Shown: positions 1-9,401, counted from the stretch's first letter. The stretch is DNA of 64,000 nt from a bacterium (GCA_965213625.1 CBDBZU010000004.1:3296001-3360000), one strand, 5' to 3'. The notes: generated from the letters alone by a model not told the origin. A program made the numbers and translations.

Positions 1-251
1 ACCGATTCGGGCGACACATCATCGCCCAGACCTGCAAGAATCACGAATTTGGGCGCTCCGCCTCCCTCGGGCACGGGCAGAACCGAGACTTGCCCCTCTT
101 TTCCCTCGAACACCTTGCGCTCGCGCAAGGAGGCCAGGGCGCCACCCAGAATTTTTTCGAGTTGTTCGTTTTTCTCATCTTTCGCCATGAGGCAAACCAG
201 GGCGTCCGTCCCCTGGTCGAAACCCTCACCGCCCACAACGGAGAACCGCAT
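1..251 (-). CDS. pepA: Leucyl aminopeptidase (M17) N-terminal domain, runs off window edge
   Basis: Not in ORF track. Minus frame reads MRFSVVGGEGFDQGTDALVCLMAKDEKNEQLEKILGGALASLRERKVFEGKEGQVSVLPVPEGGGAPKFVILAGLGDD; FxGKxGQ...VILxGLG pattern of M17 N-domain; GGAGAGGAG RBS at 258-266. Confidence 0.7.
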   Translation of the reverse strand, partial: MRFSVVGGEGFDQGTDALVCLMAKDEKNEQLEKILGGALASLRERKVFEGKEGQVSVLPVPEGGGAPKFVILAGLGDDVSPES

Positions 252-502
252 AACCATCTCCTCTCCCGATAATACGTAAAGTAGAAAGCGAATGGACCAA
301 AGTGTATCCCAGAGCGGCGCGCGCGGCTATGCAGAGCAGCCTATCCCGCCTTTTTCTCGTGAGATTGAGCGCGCGGATTGTCTTACTTTGTACCCTGCCC
401 CTAGAATGCCCGGCAATATCGGAATCAGACGAGCGGGCCGGGCGCAACGAAGCCCTGCATGCTCAAACGATAATTTTTTCCTCTCACGCGAAGGAATACA
501 CC

Positions 503-940
503 ATGAGTTTCTATAACTGGGATATGCTCCCCTTGAGTCACGACCGCCCCGGCGTCGCGCACAGGCGGATTTTTGGCGACAACATTCAGATGCAGCACTT
601 AATCACCGAACCGGGCGGCACGCCCTCGAAAATGCACAATCATCCCGATCACGAGGAGTTCTTCTACATCCAGGCGGGCGAGTGGGAGTTCACGCTCGAA
701 GACGAGGTGCGGCGAATTGGGCCGGGCGATGTGGTGCACGTCAAGGCGGGCGCGATGCACACGTTGAAATTGGTGAGCGAAGAGCCGGGAATGGCGCTCG
801 AGGTGTTCTACCCGATGTGGAACCCGGAACTCGCCGGTGACAAGGAGGATTTCACGATAGACGCCATCAAGAGCCGCATGGAGTTCGCCGAAGAGCCAGA
901 CGAAATGAACCGGGGCCGCCCACCGGGACACGAGGAATAA
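503..940 (+). CDS. Cupin domain protein
   Basis: MHNHPDHEEFFY...GDVVHVKAGAMH cupin metal motifs; AAGGA RBS before ATG 503. Confidence 0.85.
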   Translation: MSFYNWDMLPLSHDRPGVAHRRIFGDNIQMQHLITEPGGTPSKMHNHPDHEEFFYIQAGEWEFTLEDEVRRIGPGDVVHVKAGAMHTLKLVSEEPGMALEVFYPMWNPELAGDKEDFTIDAIKSRMEFAEEPDEMNRGRPPGHEE

Positions 941-987
941 CGGGAGAGCCGCCTTTTCCTGGGAGGCGGATTTTCGGAATTTCGCAC

Positions 988-1021
988 AAAAAAAACAGGC
1001 GGCGCCCGTCGACGCCGCCTG
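988..1021 (-). terminator. Intrinsic terminator for the minus-strand small transcript
   Basis: On minus strand CAGGCGGCGUC-GACG-GGCGCCGCCUG hairpin followed by U8. Confidence 0.85.
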
Positions 1022-1073
1022 CTGTTTTCGAATTTCCCTCAATGTTCCGTTTCAGGTAACACCAAGGGTCAGC

Positions 1074-1169
1074 TTAGGGTTTTTTCAGAACCCTCTTCCG
1101 GTGGTGAGCCGTTTTCAGCACCCTCCGGAGAGATGTGTTGTAGGCGGTTACTATCAAGTTCCTTACCAT
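1074..1169 (-). CDS. Candidate 31-aa basic peptide MVRNLIVTAYNTSLRRVLKTAHHRKRVLKKP
   Basis: AGGAGG SD a few nt upstream of ATG 1169, TAA at 1074-1076; below ORF-track cutoff. Confidence 0.35.
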   Translation of the reverse strand: MVRNLIVTAYNTSLRRVLKTAHHRKRVLKKP

Positions 1170-1218
1170 GACAGCCCTCCTCTTGCTACTCGTTACTACT
1201 CGCTGTTTGTACTCTCAA

Positions 1219-1247
1219 ATCCTAGCAAAGGGCCCGAATCGTGTCAA
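1219..1247 (-). promoter_or_regulatory. sigma70-type promoter
   Basis: TTGACA (1247-1242), 17 nt spacer, extended -10 TGcTAGGAT (TAGGAT at 1224-1219); A-rich tract upstream. Confidence 0.75.
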
Positions 1248-1360
1248 GAATTTTTTATCCTCAAAAGCGCCGGAAAATATCAGCTCCACATATTTCAACA
1301 CTTTATCCGCAAAAATTCATGGGCGACTCACCTGCTCTCCTGGCTCGACGCGCCCGTCAC

Positions 1361-2467
1361 TTACGCCTCGATGATGGCGGAGACCACCCCTCCGCCCACG
1401 GGTCCCTGATGGAACACGAGGCCGGCCGAGACGTATACCGCCGGGTCCTGCACCACCGAGGCGATGACGGCGTTCGCCACGGCGCGCACGGGCCGCGTGC
1501 CCAGAACCGAATCCGTAAGCAGCGTGACCCGCTTACCCAGAAGCCTGCCGTCCCAGGGAGCGCCCGCCTTTGCAAACGCGTGCACCACCCGCTTCAATTC
1601 CTCCACACCCGGCAAGCCGTCAAAGGCCAGTCCTGCATTCTTGAGCGCCTGCCTCACGGCGTCCGCGTCGATCAGGTGCTGCATCACCGCCCGGCCGATC
1701 TTGTAGCGGCTCACGGATTGTGAGGAATTCGCCAGTACGACGACTTCAGAGCGCATGAGTTCCACGCCCGCCGAGCAGGAGATCATCTCAGAATACAGGT
1801 CGCCCCGGCTGCACACGTCCGATATCTCGAAAGACGCCCTGTCGATCTCCCCGATACCCACCGCCGCGCCCAGGGCCGAACAGCCGTTCGAGAGGCTCAT
1901 CGAGCGCGTAGTATCCGTGCTCACCACCTTCTTGCCGCGAGAGGCCGCATCGTTGATCCGGTCCGAGGTGAGCAGCGGGCATTTCACCTGCACGTAACCC
2001 ACGTCATCCAGCGAATCCACGCCCGCCTTATCGAGCGCCTCCGCCGCCGCCTCGGCCACCAAGTCCACCTGCGCCATCGTGCCCAACTCCTCGGGCAGCA
2101 GCTCTCGGGTGAAGGCGACTCCCATCGAGAGGCGCTTCTCCCCCGGGCTTTCTGCATCACCCACGTCGGTCTTGGAAATGGCCACCGCGTGGGGACTCAT
2201 GATCCCCTCGCATCCGCCCGACATCACCATCGCGCACATGCCCTGCACCTCGTCGCGGGAGAGGCCCAGCTTCTCCATCATGTAGTCCTCGAAGGAATGG
2301 AGCGCATAGGGCCTCGAATAGTCGTTCACCCGGCCGTTTCCCTCCGTCTTGGCGATGATGGCCTGAATGTCCGCCGCCTGAATGCGGCCTTCCGCCACTG
2401 CATCCGCGAGGCCCGAGACGTCCTCGGGTCCTGCCATCTGAAACTTCACCACCTGGGTATCAAACAC
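1361..2467 (-). CDS. Ring-opening cyclic amide hydrolase (cyanuric acid hydrolase/barbiturase family)
   Basis: KTEGNG, MSGGxEG, QVKCPLL, SCSAGVE, AKA and HQGPxGGG motifs of the AtzD/barbiturase fold. Confidence 0.9.
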   Translation of the reverse strand: MFDTQVVKFQMAGPEDVSGLADAVAEGRIQAADIQAIIAKTEGNGRVNDYSRPYALHSFEDYMMEKLGLSRDEVQGMCAMVMSGGCEGIMSPHAVAISKTDVGDAESPGEKRLSMGVAFTRELLPEELGTMAQVDLVAEAAAEALDKAGVDSLDDVGYVQVKCPLLTSDRINDAASRGKKVVSTDTTRSMSLSNGCSALGAAVGIGEIDRASFEISDVCSRGDLYSEMISCSAGVELMRSEVVVLANSSQSVSRYKIGRAVMQHLIDADAVRQALKNAGLAFDGLPGVEELKRVVHAFAKAGAPWDGRLLGKRVTLLTDSVLGTRPVRAVANAVIASVVQDPAVYVSAGLVFHQGPVGGGVVSAIIEA

Positions 2468-2515
2468 GATTCAGTCTCCTTATTCATCAAGGGCGCCCGA
2501 TGCATGAACGCCGTG

Positions 2516-3919
2516 TCAATCTCCCGGAACCATCAAACCCGCGCGCTCGACGATGGCTGTGGAGGCCGCCTGCGCTTCCTCGCGAATCGCGCGCTCCTCA
2601 TCCTCGCTCATCTTGCTCAGGCGTCCCGCCTCCATGAGCGGCTCGCCATCCACCCAGACCCAGCGCACCTCCGTCCCGTGGGTCTGATACGCGAGAACAG
2701 AAGGCAAATGATGATTCGGGAGCATATGCGGGCCGCTCATGTCGAGCAGAATCATGTCCGCCCGCTTGCCCACCTCGATGCTCCCTGTCTCCGCTTCGAG
2801 TCCGAGCGCGCGCGCCCCATTGCGCGTGGCCATATCAAGCACCTGCTGCGCCGTGATGGCGGCGGGATCCTGATGCACCCCTTTATGGAGCAGGCAGGCG
2901 AGCCTTATCTCCCAGAACATGTTTACCAGATCGTTGCAGTTAGCGTTGTCAGTCCCCAAGGCCACGGGTATTCCGTAGCCCAGCATGCGGGGCACAGGCG
3001 ACACGCCCGAACCCAGATACATGTTGCTCGATGGGAGATGCACCACCTGAGTTCCTGATTCCTTCAAGAGCCGAATGTCCTCCTCGCTCAAGTGGATGCA
3101 GTGGCCGGCGACGAGGCGCTCCGAGAGCAGCCCCCAGGCCGCCAGGTGCTGTACGACGGGAAGACCGCCCACTTCCGATTCCATGGGGTCTTCCGATACG
3201 TGCGTGGAAACGCGGAGCCCGCGCGCTCCGGCCCATTCATCCACCTCGCGGAAGGTCTCCGGCTTCACGTAAACGGGGATGTTCGGCCCTGGCCAGACGA
3301 GAACGCGTCCCGCCGAGCGGCCGTGGTATTTATCCACCAGATGGGATGTCTCCTCGAACACCTCTTCCCTCGTCTTGAGGCTGGGCGGAAAGGTCTTGCC
3401 CCATGCGGCGATGTGGGAGTGCGCCCGCTCGGCGAGTTTTCCAGAAGGAGATATTTCGTTGAAACTCAAAGCGAAAACGCTCCGCATACCCGAATCGTCC
3501 ATGGCCTCTATCATCGCTTCGGCCAATGGGATGGGGACGCGCTCGTTCGTCACTACCGCCGTGGTGCCCGAGCGAATCGCCTCGCACGCGAAGAGTTTGA
3601 CGGAGAGCGCCGCATCCTCCGGCGTATAGGCAACCTGGCCGGGCGCCATGACGTTCAGTCGCCAGTCCATCAGCCGCCTGTCCGCGCCCAGGCCGCCGCG
3701 CAGCAGAATGCACATGATGTGGCTGTGGGCGTTCACCAACCCCGGCATGAGGGCCATTCCCTCGCCATCTACAACCTGCGCTGCGCCGGCATTAATCTTG
3801 GACTCTGAAACATCGGCGACCCGGCCATCCTCGACCAGCACGGATGCGCGAGGGATGACCTGACGCGTCTCGTCTTGCGTCAGGACGCAGGCGTTTTCGA
3901 CCACGAAACGACCCGCCAT
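2516..3919 (-). CDS. Metal-dependent amidohydrolase (AtzA/TriA/MTA-SAH deaminase-like)
   Basis: PGLVNAHSH, THVSE, AGHC, ALGTD, GSIEVGKRAD. Confidence 0.9.
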   Translation of the reverse strand: MAGRFVVENACVLTQDETRQVIPRASVLVEDGRVADVSESKINAGAAQVVDGEGMALMPGLVNAHSHIMCILLRGGLGADRRLMDWRLNVMAPGQVAYTPEDAALSVKLFACEAIRSGTTAVVTNERVPIPLAEAMIEAMDDSGMRSVFALSFNEISPSGKLAERAHSHIAAWGKTFPPSLKTREEVFEETSHLVDKYHGRSAGRVLVWPGPNIPVYVKPETFREVDEWAGARGLRVSTHVSEDPMESEVGGLPVVQHLAAWGLLSERLVAGHCIHLSEEDIRLLKESGTQVVHLPSSNMYLGSGVSPVPRMLGYGIPVALGTDNANCNDLVNMFWEIRLACLLHKGVHQDPAAITAQQVLDMATRNGARALGLEAETGSIEVGKRADMILLDMSGPHMLPNHHLPSVLAYQTHGTEVRWVWVDGEPLMEAGRLSKMSEDEERAIREEAQAASTAIVERAGLMVPGD

Positions 3920-4062
3920 GGGAAATCCTCCTGTTAGATGTTTCAGCAGAATACGACAATCGGGCGGATTTGAGTATCTCCGCTGTAAGCCGCGCCTTGC
4001 CAGAGAAGGAAAAGAGCATTATTAGTGTGAGAGAAAATCCGACACCTTGAGGAGAGACGCCG

Positions 4063-4458
4063 ATGTCCAAGATCAAATTCCTGCAGCATTTCAGCATCTA
4101 TTGCCGGGATTTACCGGCCATGCACAAATTCTACAACGAAATTCTGGAACTTCCCGAAATGCCCCGCCCGCACTTCCCCTTCCCGGGTTACTGGTACGAG
4201 GCGGGAACGGACCACCAGATCCATCTCGCCAAGGTGAGCGATACGCACGTGTCCCACTCAATCAGCGATAATGAGGATGGATACATGGACCACCACTTCG
4301 GGATGGTGACCGAAGATCTCGAGGGGATGAAGGAGCGGCTCAAGGCGCATGGCGTCCCGTTTCACGATGAGCCTTACGGCTACCCCCAAATTTTCTTCAG
4401 AGACCCGGAGAACAACCTGATCGAGGTCGCGTCCACCGCGATGTTCGAAATGGAGTAA
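4063..4458 (+). CDS. VOC/glyoxalase family protein
   Basis: QHFSI, QIHL, HHFG, FFRDPENNLIE. Confidence 0.85.
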   Translation: MSKIKFLQHFSIYCRDLPAMHKFYNEILELPEMPRPHFPFPGYWYEAGTDHQIHLAKVSDTHVSHSISDNEDGYMDHHFGMVTEDLEGMKERLKAHGVPFHDEPYGYPQIFFRDPENNLIEVASTAMFEME

Positions 4459-4592
4459 CCGGCGCGCGACGAGGGTGGGTGCGCACTCCGCCTTGGTCTC
4501 ACTATGTACCGGCTGTCAAGGTTGTAATTGCGGCGATGGAGCGTCATCGCTCCCCCATCGTGGCTTGTCCGATGATTTCTGGAGACAAAATC

Positions 4593-4985
4593 ATGTCATT
4601 TCAAAAATTCCACACCACGCATGTAACCGCCGGGGCGGGAAGCTACTCCCAGGGCCTTCTCGCGGGCAGGACGCTTTATCTCGCGGGCCAGACCGGAGAG
4701 GGGCTCGACGGCGCACCGCCCGCCCTCGGCGACGCGGCGGCCCAGGCTCGACAGGCGTGCGAGAACATAAAGCAGCTCCTCGAAGAGGCGGGCGGCAACC
4801 TCTCCCATGTCGTGAAGCTCACGAACTACATCACCGACAGGGCGTACCGGAAACCCGTCTACGCGGTGATCGCGGAATATTTCGGCCCCCATGCGCCCGC
4901 GAGCACGGGCGTGATCGTAGACGGGCTGGCCTCAGAGGATTTTCTCGTGGAAATCGACGCCACGGCCTATATTCCCGAAGCTTGA
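4593..4985 (+). CDS. RidA/YjgF family protein
   Basis: YSQG, LYLAGQ, LVEIDA; GGAG RBS before ATG 4593. Confidence 0.88.
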   Translation: MSFQKFHTTHVTAGAGSYSQGLLAGRTLYLAGQTGEGLDGAPPALGDAAAQARQACENIKQLLEEAGGNLSHVVKLTNYITDRAYRKPVYAVIAEYFGPHAPASTGVIVDGLASEDFLVEIDATAYIPEA

Positions 4986-5093
4986 GAGGAAATGGCGTAT
5001 TGAGTAATGCGCCTTAACAAGGCAGAATAGTGACACATACAGACAAGTTCGTAAGCAGCCCGTGTGGCTGAGTCCTTTCAGAGGAGAGGGATC

Positions 5094-6680
5094 ATGACCG
5101 AATCTTACGATGGATTGTTCGTCGGCGGCGGACACAATAGCCTGGTATGCGCCGCCTATCTGGCGAAAGCCGGGAAAAAGGTAGCCGTACTGGAACGCTC
5201 AGGCATCGCCGGCGGTGGCTGCTCCACGCATGAAGTCACCCTGCCGGGCTTCAAGCACAACCTGCATTCGAACTACTACGTGGGTTTGGAGAGAAGCCCC
5301 ATCCTCAGCGACCTGGAACTCCACGAATACGGCTTCAGCCTCATCTTCCCGGAGTTTCAACAGGGCTGCGCCTTCAGCGACGGCACGGCGTTCGTCATCC
5401 ACCGCGACGTGGAAAAGACCGTCAAATCTATCGAGCGGATCAACAAAAACGACGCGAAAACCTACCGCGACCTCCACGTCAAATTCACCGAGGGGATGCT
5501 CGATATCATCACCTCCTTCATGTACTGCGCCCCCCTGCCGCCCGAGGAATTGAAAGAGCGCTTCGCGGGGCCGCTGGGACGTGAGTTCCTAAGCTATGCG
5601 AACCTCAGCATGTACGAGGCGGTGGACCAGCATTTCGAGGACGACAGGCTGCGCGTGCTGTTCAAGCTCTTCCTCGGATCCTTCACCCTCGAGAATACGC
5701 CAACAACCGGCATTTTCTTTCCGAGAATCTTCTCGCGCATCGCTAGCTTCGCCCTGCCCGTGGGCGGGTCGGTGAACTTCACCCGCGCGCTCGAGCGCGT
5801 GGTCGTGAGAGGCGGCGGAAAGGTGCTCACCAACGCGGAAGTCCGCGAGATCACGGTCGAAAGTGGTGACGCAACCGGCGTCATACTGGAAGACGGCACC
5901 CGCATCGAGGCCACCGAGTTCGTGGCAAGCGGTGTGAACTGGCCGCTCACTGTGCGCCTGGCCGGGGAGGATTACTTCGGCGGCAGGCTCGCCAGGGCGG
6001 CGCTCGAGTTCCAGTGGGCGAGCCACGGGCTTTGCACCATCCACCTCGCGCTCAAGGAAGCGCCCGACTTCAAGGCCGCGAAATTCGATCCCGACATCAA
6101 CAAGACGTTCAACATCTTCTGGGGCGCGGATTCGACCGAGGAGATCAACGAGTGCTTCGAAACAATCCACGACGGCGAACTGCCCAAGCTCATGGGCAAC
6201 GGCGGGAGCAACAGCCACTTCGACCCGACCTATTCGCCCGACGGCACGCACGTGGGCTACTGGTGGCCGTTTGCGCCCTATGAACTCAAAGACGGCGGGG
6301 CCGAGGCGTGGGACACGCGGCGCGAGGAGTACACCCAGCACTTCATCGACTCCTGGAAGCCCTATGCGCCCAACATCAACCACGACAACATCATGGGCAG
6401 CTATCTCTACACGCCGCTCGACATCGTGCGCATGAACCCGAACTTCGTCCGTGCGAGCCACCACGTGGGCGCCTACATTCCCGAGCAACTCGGCTACAAC
6501 CGCCCGCATCCGGAAGTGAGCGACTTCCGCACGCCTGTCGGGAAACTGTATCTCTGCGGTTCTAGCTCACACGTGGGCGGTGCGGTGACGGGTGCGCCCG
6601 GCTACAACTGCGCGAACGCGATCGCCGAGGATCTGCACATCGATCGCTTCTGGGCGCCGGTCGAAACCATGATGGCCTGA
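5094..6680 (+). CDS. Phytoene desaturase-like FAD-dependent oxidoreductase
   Basis: VGGGHNSLVCAAYLAKAG..LE...GG and LYLCGSSSHVGGAVTGAPGYNCA; AGGAG RBS. Confidence 0.88.
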   Translation: MTESYDGLFVGGGHNSLVCAAYLAKAGKKVAVLERSGIAGGGCSTHEVTLPGFKHNLHSNYYVGLERSPILSDLELHEYGFSLIFPEFQQGCAFSDGTAFVIHRDVEKTVKSIERINKNDAKTYRDLHVKFTEGMLDIITSFMYCAPLPPEELKERFAGPLGREFLSYANLSMYEAVDQHFEDDRLRVLFKLFLGSFTLENTPTTGIFFPRIFSRIASFALPVGGSVNFTRALERVVVRGGGKVLTNAEVREITVESGDATGVILEDGTRIEATEFVASGVNWPLTVRLAGEDYFGGRLARAALEFQWASHGLCTIHLALKEAPDFKAAKFDPDINKTFNIFWGADSTEEINECFETIHDGELPKLMGNGGSNSHFDPTYSPDGTHVGYWWPFAPYELKDGGAEAWDTRREEYTQHFIDSWKPYAPNINHDNIMGSYLYTPLDIVRMNPNFVRASHHVGAYIPEQLGYNRPHPEVSDFRTPVGKLYLCGSSSHVGGAVTGAPGYNCANAIAEDLHIDRFWAPVETMMA

Positions 6681-6725
6681 AGATGAAAATTTGACTCGCG
6701 TTATTTGAGGAAAGGATAAAATTTC

Positions 6726-7436
6726 ATGGAACTGATCGACCTCTCACAAACTGTGGCGGCGGGCGGATTCGAGCGCCCGTTCCACCCCAAGGTGGCCATT
6801 GAGCCGATGATGACGCACGAGGAGTCGTCCGGAAGATTTCACGGGAAATTCTCTTTCGCCGCCATGAAGCTCACGCTCTCGGATCACACCGGAAGCCACG
6901 TGGACGCCCTGAACCATTACGTGCCCGGAGACGCCCCCTCCATCGACCAGTTGCCGCTCGATCGCTTCTATTCGGGTGCTATCTGTGTGGATTTTTCGGA
7001 CATCGCGCCCAAGACCTACATCGAAACCGAGCACATCGAGCGCGAACTGGAAAAACACGGGCTTTCCATCGAAGAAGGCGACGCTTTTTTGTATTACACG
7101 GGCCATTTCGAGAAGAGCTTCAAAAACCCCGACCCCGATGTATGGTGGAAGGAATTCGCAGGATTAAGCCGGCCCGCCACCGAGTATCTCGCCGATCGGG
7201 GCGTTCGCAACATCGGCTGTGAGGCGTTCACGATAGAAAACCCCACGCAGATGTTCCCCGAATCGGAAGAACCCTACCCGTCTCATCAGGTGTGCAAGGA
7301 GCGGGGGATGCTCAACACGGAGAATCTGGTGATCCCCAAGCGCCTGGTGGGCAAGCGCTTCACGTTCCTGTGCCTGCCCATCAAGCTGAAAGACGCCACC
7401 GGCTCCCCGGTGCGCGCCGTGGCGGTACTGGACTGA
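6726..7436 (+). CDS. Cyclase family (kynurenine formamidase-like) metal hydrolase
   Basis: HTGSHVDAxxH, ENL, GSPVRAVA. Confidence 0.9.
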   Translation: MELIDLSQTVAAGGFERPFHPKVAIEPMMTHEESSGRFHGKFSFAAMKLTLSDHTGSHVDALNHYVPGDAPSIDQLPLDRFYSGAICVDFSDIAPKTYIETEHIERELEKHGLSIEEGDAFLYYTGHFEKSFKNPDPDVWWKEFAGLSRPATEYLADRGVRNIGCEAFTIENPTQMFPESEEPYPSHQVCKERGMLNTENLVIPKRLVGKRFTFLCLPIKLKDATGSPVRAVAVLD

Positions 7437-7437
7437 C

Positions 7438-8328
7438 CTATAGGCCGAAGCCGAAGAGTGCGTTCGCGTTGCCGAAGGCGGCTTTTTCGATCTCCGCCTC
7501 GGCGATGCCGCCCCGGCGCATGGCGCGAATCGCCCGGGGGATGCAGTAGAGGTCGTTTGACGTGTAGGGGATGAGGTCGGAGTTGAGCATTATGCGCCCC
7601 GCCCCGTGGCGCCGCACCCACTCCACGATGGCGGATGGGGGAATCGGGCGAAGGCGGCTACCGAGACTCGTCGCGCACCATGCGCCCGTCTCTTCGTGCA
7701 CGAAATCCACTATCGTCGCATCCAAATGGTCGACAACGAGCAGCGAGTGGTCGAGACCCGCTGCATTGATGACTTCCAAATCCATTTTCAGGTAATGGAG
7801 CCTGAACTCTTCTGGCGAAACCTCTCCTTGCGTGTCCACGCCGCCCAGGAATTCCTTTGGATTTTTGTAGGTAGGGGTGTGTAAAATCAAAGGCTTTTTA
7901 AGTTCCGCTGCGAGGCGCGCTTGCGCTTCTAAACATCTGGCCTGATCTTCCAGATCCCAGGAAAAGCCGAAATACTGCCCCGGGTCCAGACCCACTTCAC
8001 CCAGGGCGGCCACCCGTTCGTTCTCCAGATATCCGGGAAGCGCGTCGATGAGCCGCTCCCAGCCGTCCACCCGCGTCATCGAACTGACGCCCACGGCGCA
8101 CATGGCGCGAATATGGTGCTTGGCTTCGGCGGCTTCCGCCATTCTGAGAGGGCTATCCCAAAGCCTCTTCACATCCTCTGATTCGGGCGCGCTCTTCCAT
8201 ATTTCGCGGTGCACGTGGGGGTTCCCGCACGAGAGAATAGAACCAACCATTCCGCACATCCCCTGCAGTTCCCAGTCGTCGAAACTGAATCCATGCAGGT
8301 GATTGTGGCAGTCGATGTACCTGTCCAT
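7438..8328 (-). CDS. TatD-related TIM-barrel metallohydrolase
   Basis: DCHNH, ALGEVGLD, ILHTP, VVDH, LNSD; start placed at ATG 8328 next to upstream stop. Confidence 0.8.
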   Translation of the reverse strand: MDRYIDCHNHLHGFSFDDWELQGMCGMVGSILSCGNPHVHREIWKSAPESEDVKRLWDSPLRMAEAAEAKHHIRAMCAVGVSSMTRVDGWERLIDALPGYLENERVAALGEVGLDPGQYFGFSWDLEDQARCLEAQARLAAELKKPLILHTPTYKNPKEFLGGVDTQGEVSPEEFRLHYLKMDLEVINAAGLDHSLLVVDHLDATIVDFVHEETGAWCATSLGSRLRPIPPSAIVEWVRRHGAGRIMLNSDLIPYTSNDLYCIPRAIRAMRRGGIAEAEIEKAAFGNANALFGFGL

Positions 8329-8329
8329 T

Positions 8330-9121
8330 CTAGGCCTCTGGTTTCTTCGCCAAAAACACGTAGCGGTTGAGACTGAAAAAATACTCACCGCGCTCGCCCA
8401 GCGTCATCAAATCCTCCGCCCAGGCTTTGGCCTCTTCTTTCGGCACGCCACCCTTGCGGATGACGAAGGGCACGATGACACTCACCATCCCGTGGCTGTA
8501 GTTTTCCGCAGGATACTCCGTATTGAGTAGAGGCAAAACCCTTACGTCTGCGATCTCAAAGCCGGCGCCTTGCAGCAGAGGCGATAACCTCCTCGGCAAG
8601 TGCGGGTCGGCCAGATGCGCGTCCCACGCGGTGAATATTTTCTTCGCCTGCGCGGCGTCCTGCGCGTTCCAGACGAGCGAGCCCCAGTCGGTGTCCATGA
8701 TGAGGGCGCGGCCGCCGGGCCTGAGTACGCGGAAAAGCTCCGACAGGGCAGCATCCATGTCGGTGACGTATTCATATACCTGGGAGATGATGGCTGCATC
8801 GAAATCATCATCCGCAAATGGCAGGCTCAGCGCGTCGGCCTCCCGGAACGACACCTGCGGCTGCGAGGTGCAACGCTTCTGGGCGAGGGCGAGCATCGGC
8901 GCGCTCTTGTCCACGCCGAAAACGGCGCCCCCCTCCCCCACCATGCGCGCAGCTTCCAACGTCATGAAACCCGGGCCAGAACCCAAATCGAGTACGCACT
9001 CCTCCGGTCGGGGTGAAACCATCTCCAAAAGGGCGCCACGCTGCGCGGCTACATCCGCCGTCGTGTAGACGGCCTCCACTCGCCGGGCTGCTTTTTCATC
9101 GAATCCCGGGGGCTGGCTCAT
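8330..9121 (-). CDS. Class I SAM-dependent methyltransferase (UbiE-like)
   Basis: VLDLGSGPG, DALSLPF, RVLRPGG. Confidence 0.88.
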   Translation of the reverse strand: MSQPPGFDEKAARRVEAVYTTADVAAQRGALLEMVSPRPEECVLDLGSGPGFMTLEAARMVGEGGAVFGVDKSAPMLALAQKRCTSQPQVSFREADALSLPFADDDFDAAIISQVYEYVTDMDAALSELFRVLRPGGRALIMDTDWGSLVWNAQDAAQAKKIFTAWDAHLADPHLPRRLSPLLQGAGFEIADVRVLPLLNTEYPAENYSHGMVSVIVPFVIRKGGVPKEEAKAWAEDLMTLGERGEYFFSLNRYVFLAKKPEA

Positions 9122-9401
9122 GCGTTGTTCTCTCTCATCACTGTGTTGACCCGAACGAAAGGCCAAGTGTCCTCGCCCGCACCGGGGGTAGTCAAGCGCC
9201 TCGGCGTCTTCATCCGCACATAAATCGCCTCATGATGCGGCGTTTCGCGCCAATTATTCTCAGAAATCAAGGCTTGGAGACCAGACGGCTCACTCTCTCC
9301 TTTTCACGCGCATGGGCCGCTCGGCATTGACGCGCGTTTTCCCCAGAACCTATAAGCCTAATGAAAGTATTTTTCGCGTCCCAGTCACCAGTGGAAGCCC
9401 C

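Larger units (their letters stand above)
988..1212 (-). ncRNA. Candidate structured small RNA (~225 nt), possibly dual-function with a small ORF
   Basis: Bounded by promoter 1219-1247 and terminator 988-1021; four internal hairpins can be drawn, three carrying CUGAAA at or next to the apex. Confidence 0.55.

Noticed and set aside
1076-1094. Resemblance of the CUGAAAA hairpin to lambda boxB, with an Arg/Lys-rich peptide
   Set aside because: The stem closes differently, and there is no boxA or phage context; the similarity is too short to support.
1101-1409. Plus-strand 102-aa ORF and overlapping ORFs in the intergenic region
   Set aside because: No RBS or family motif; the promoter, SD and terminator all point to the minus strand.
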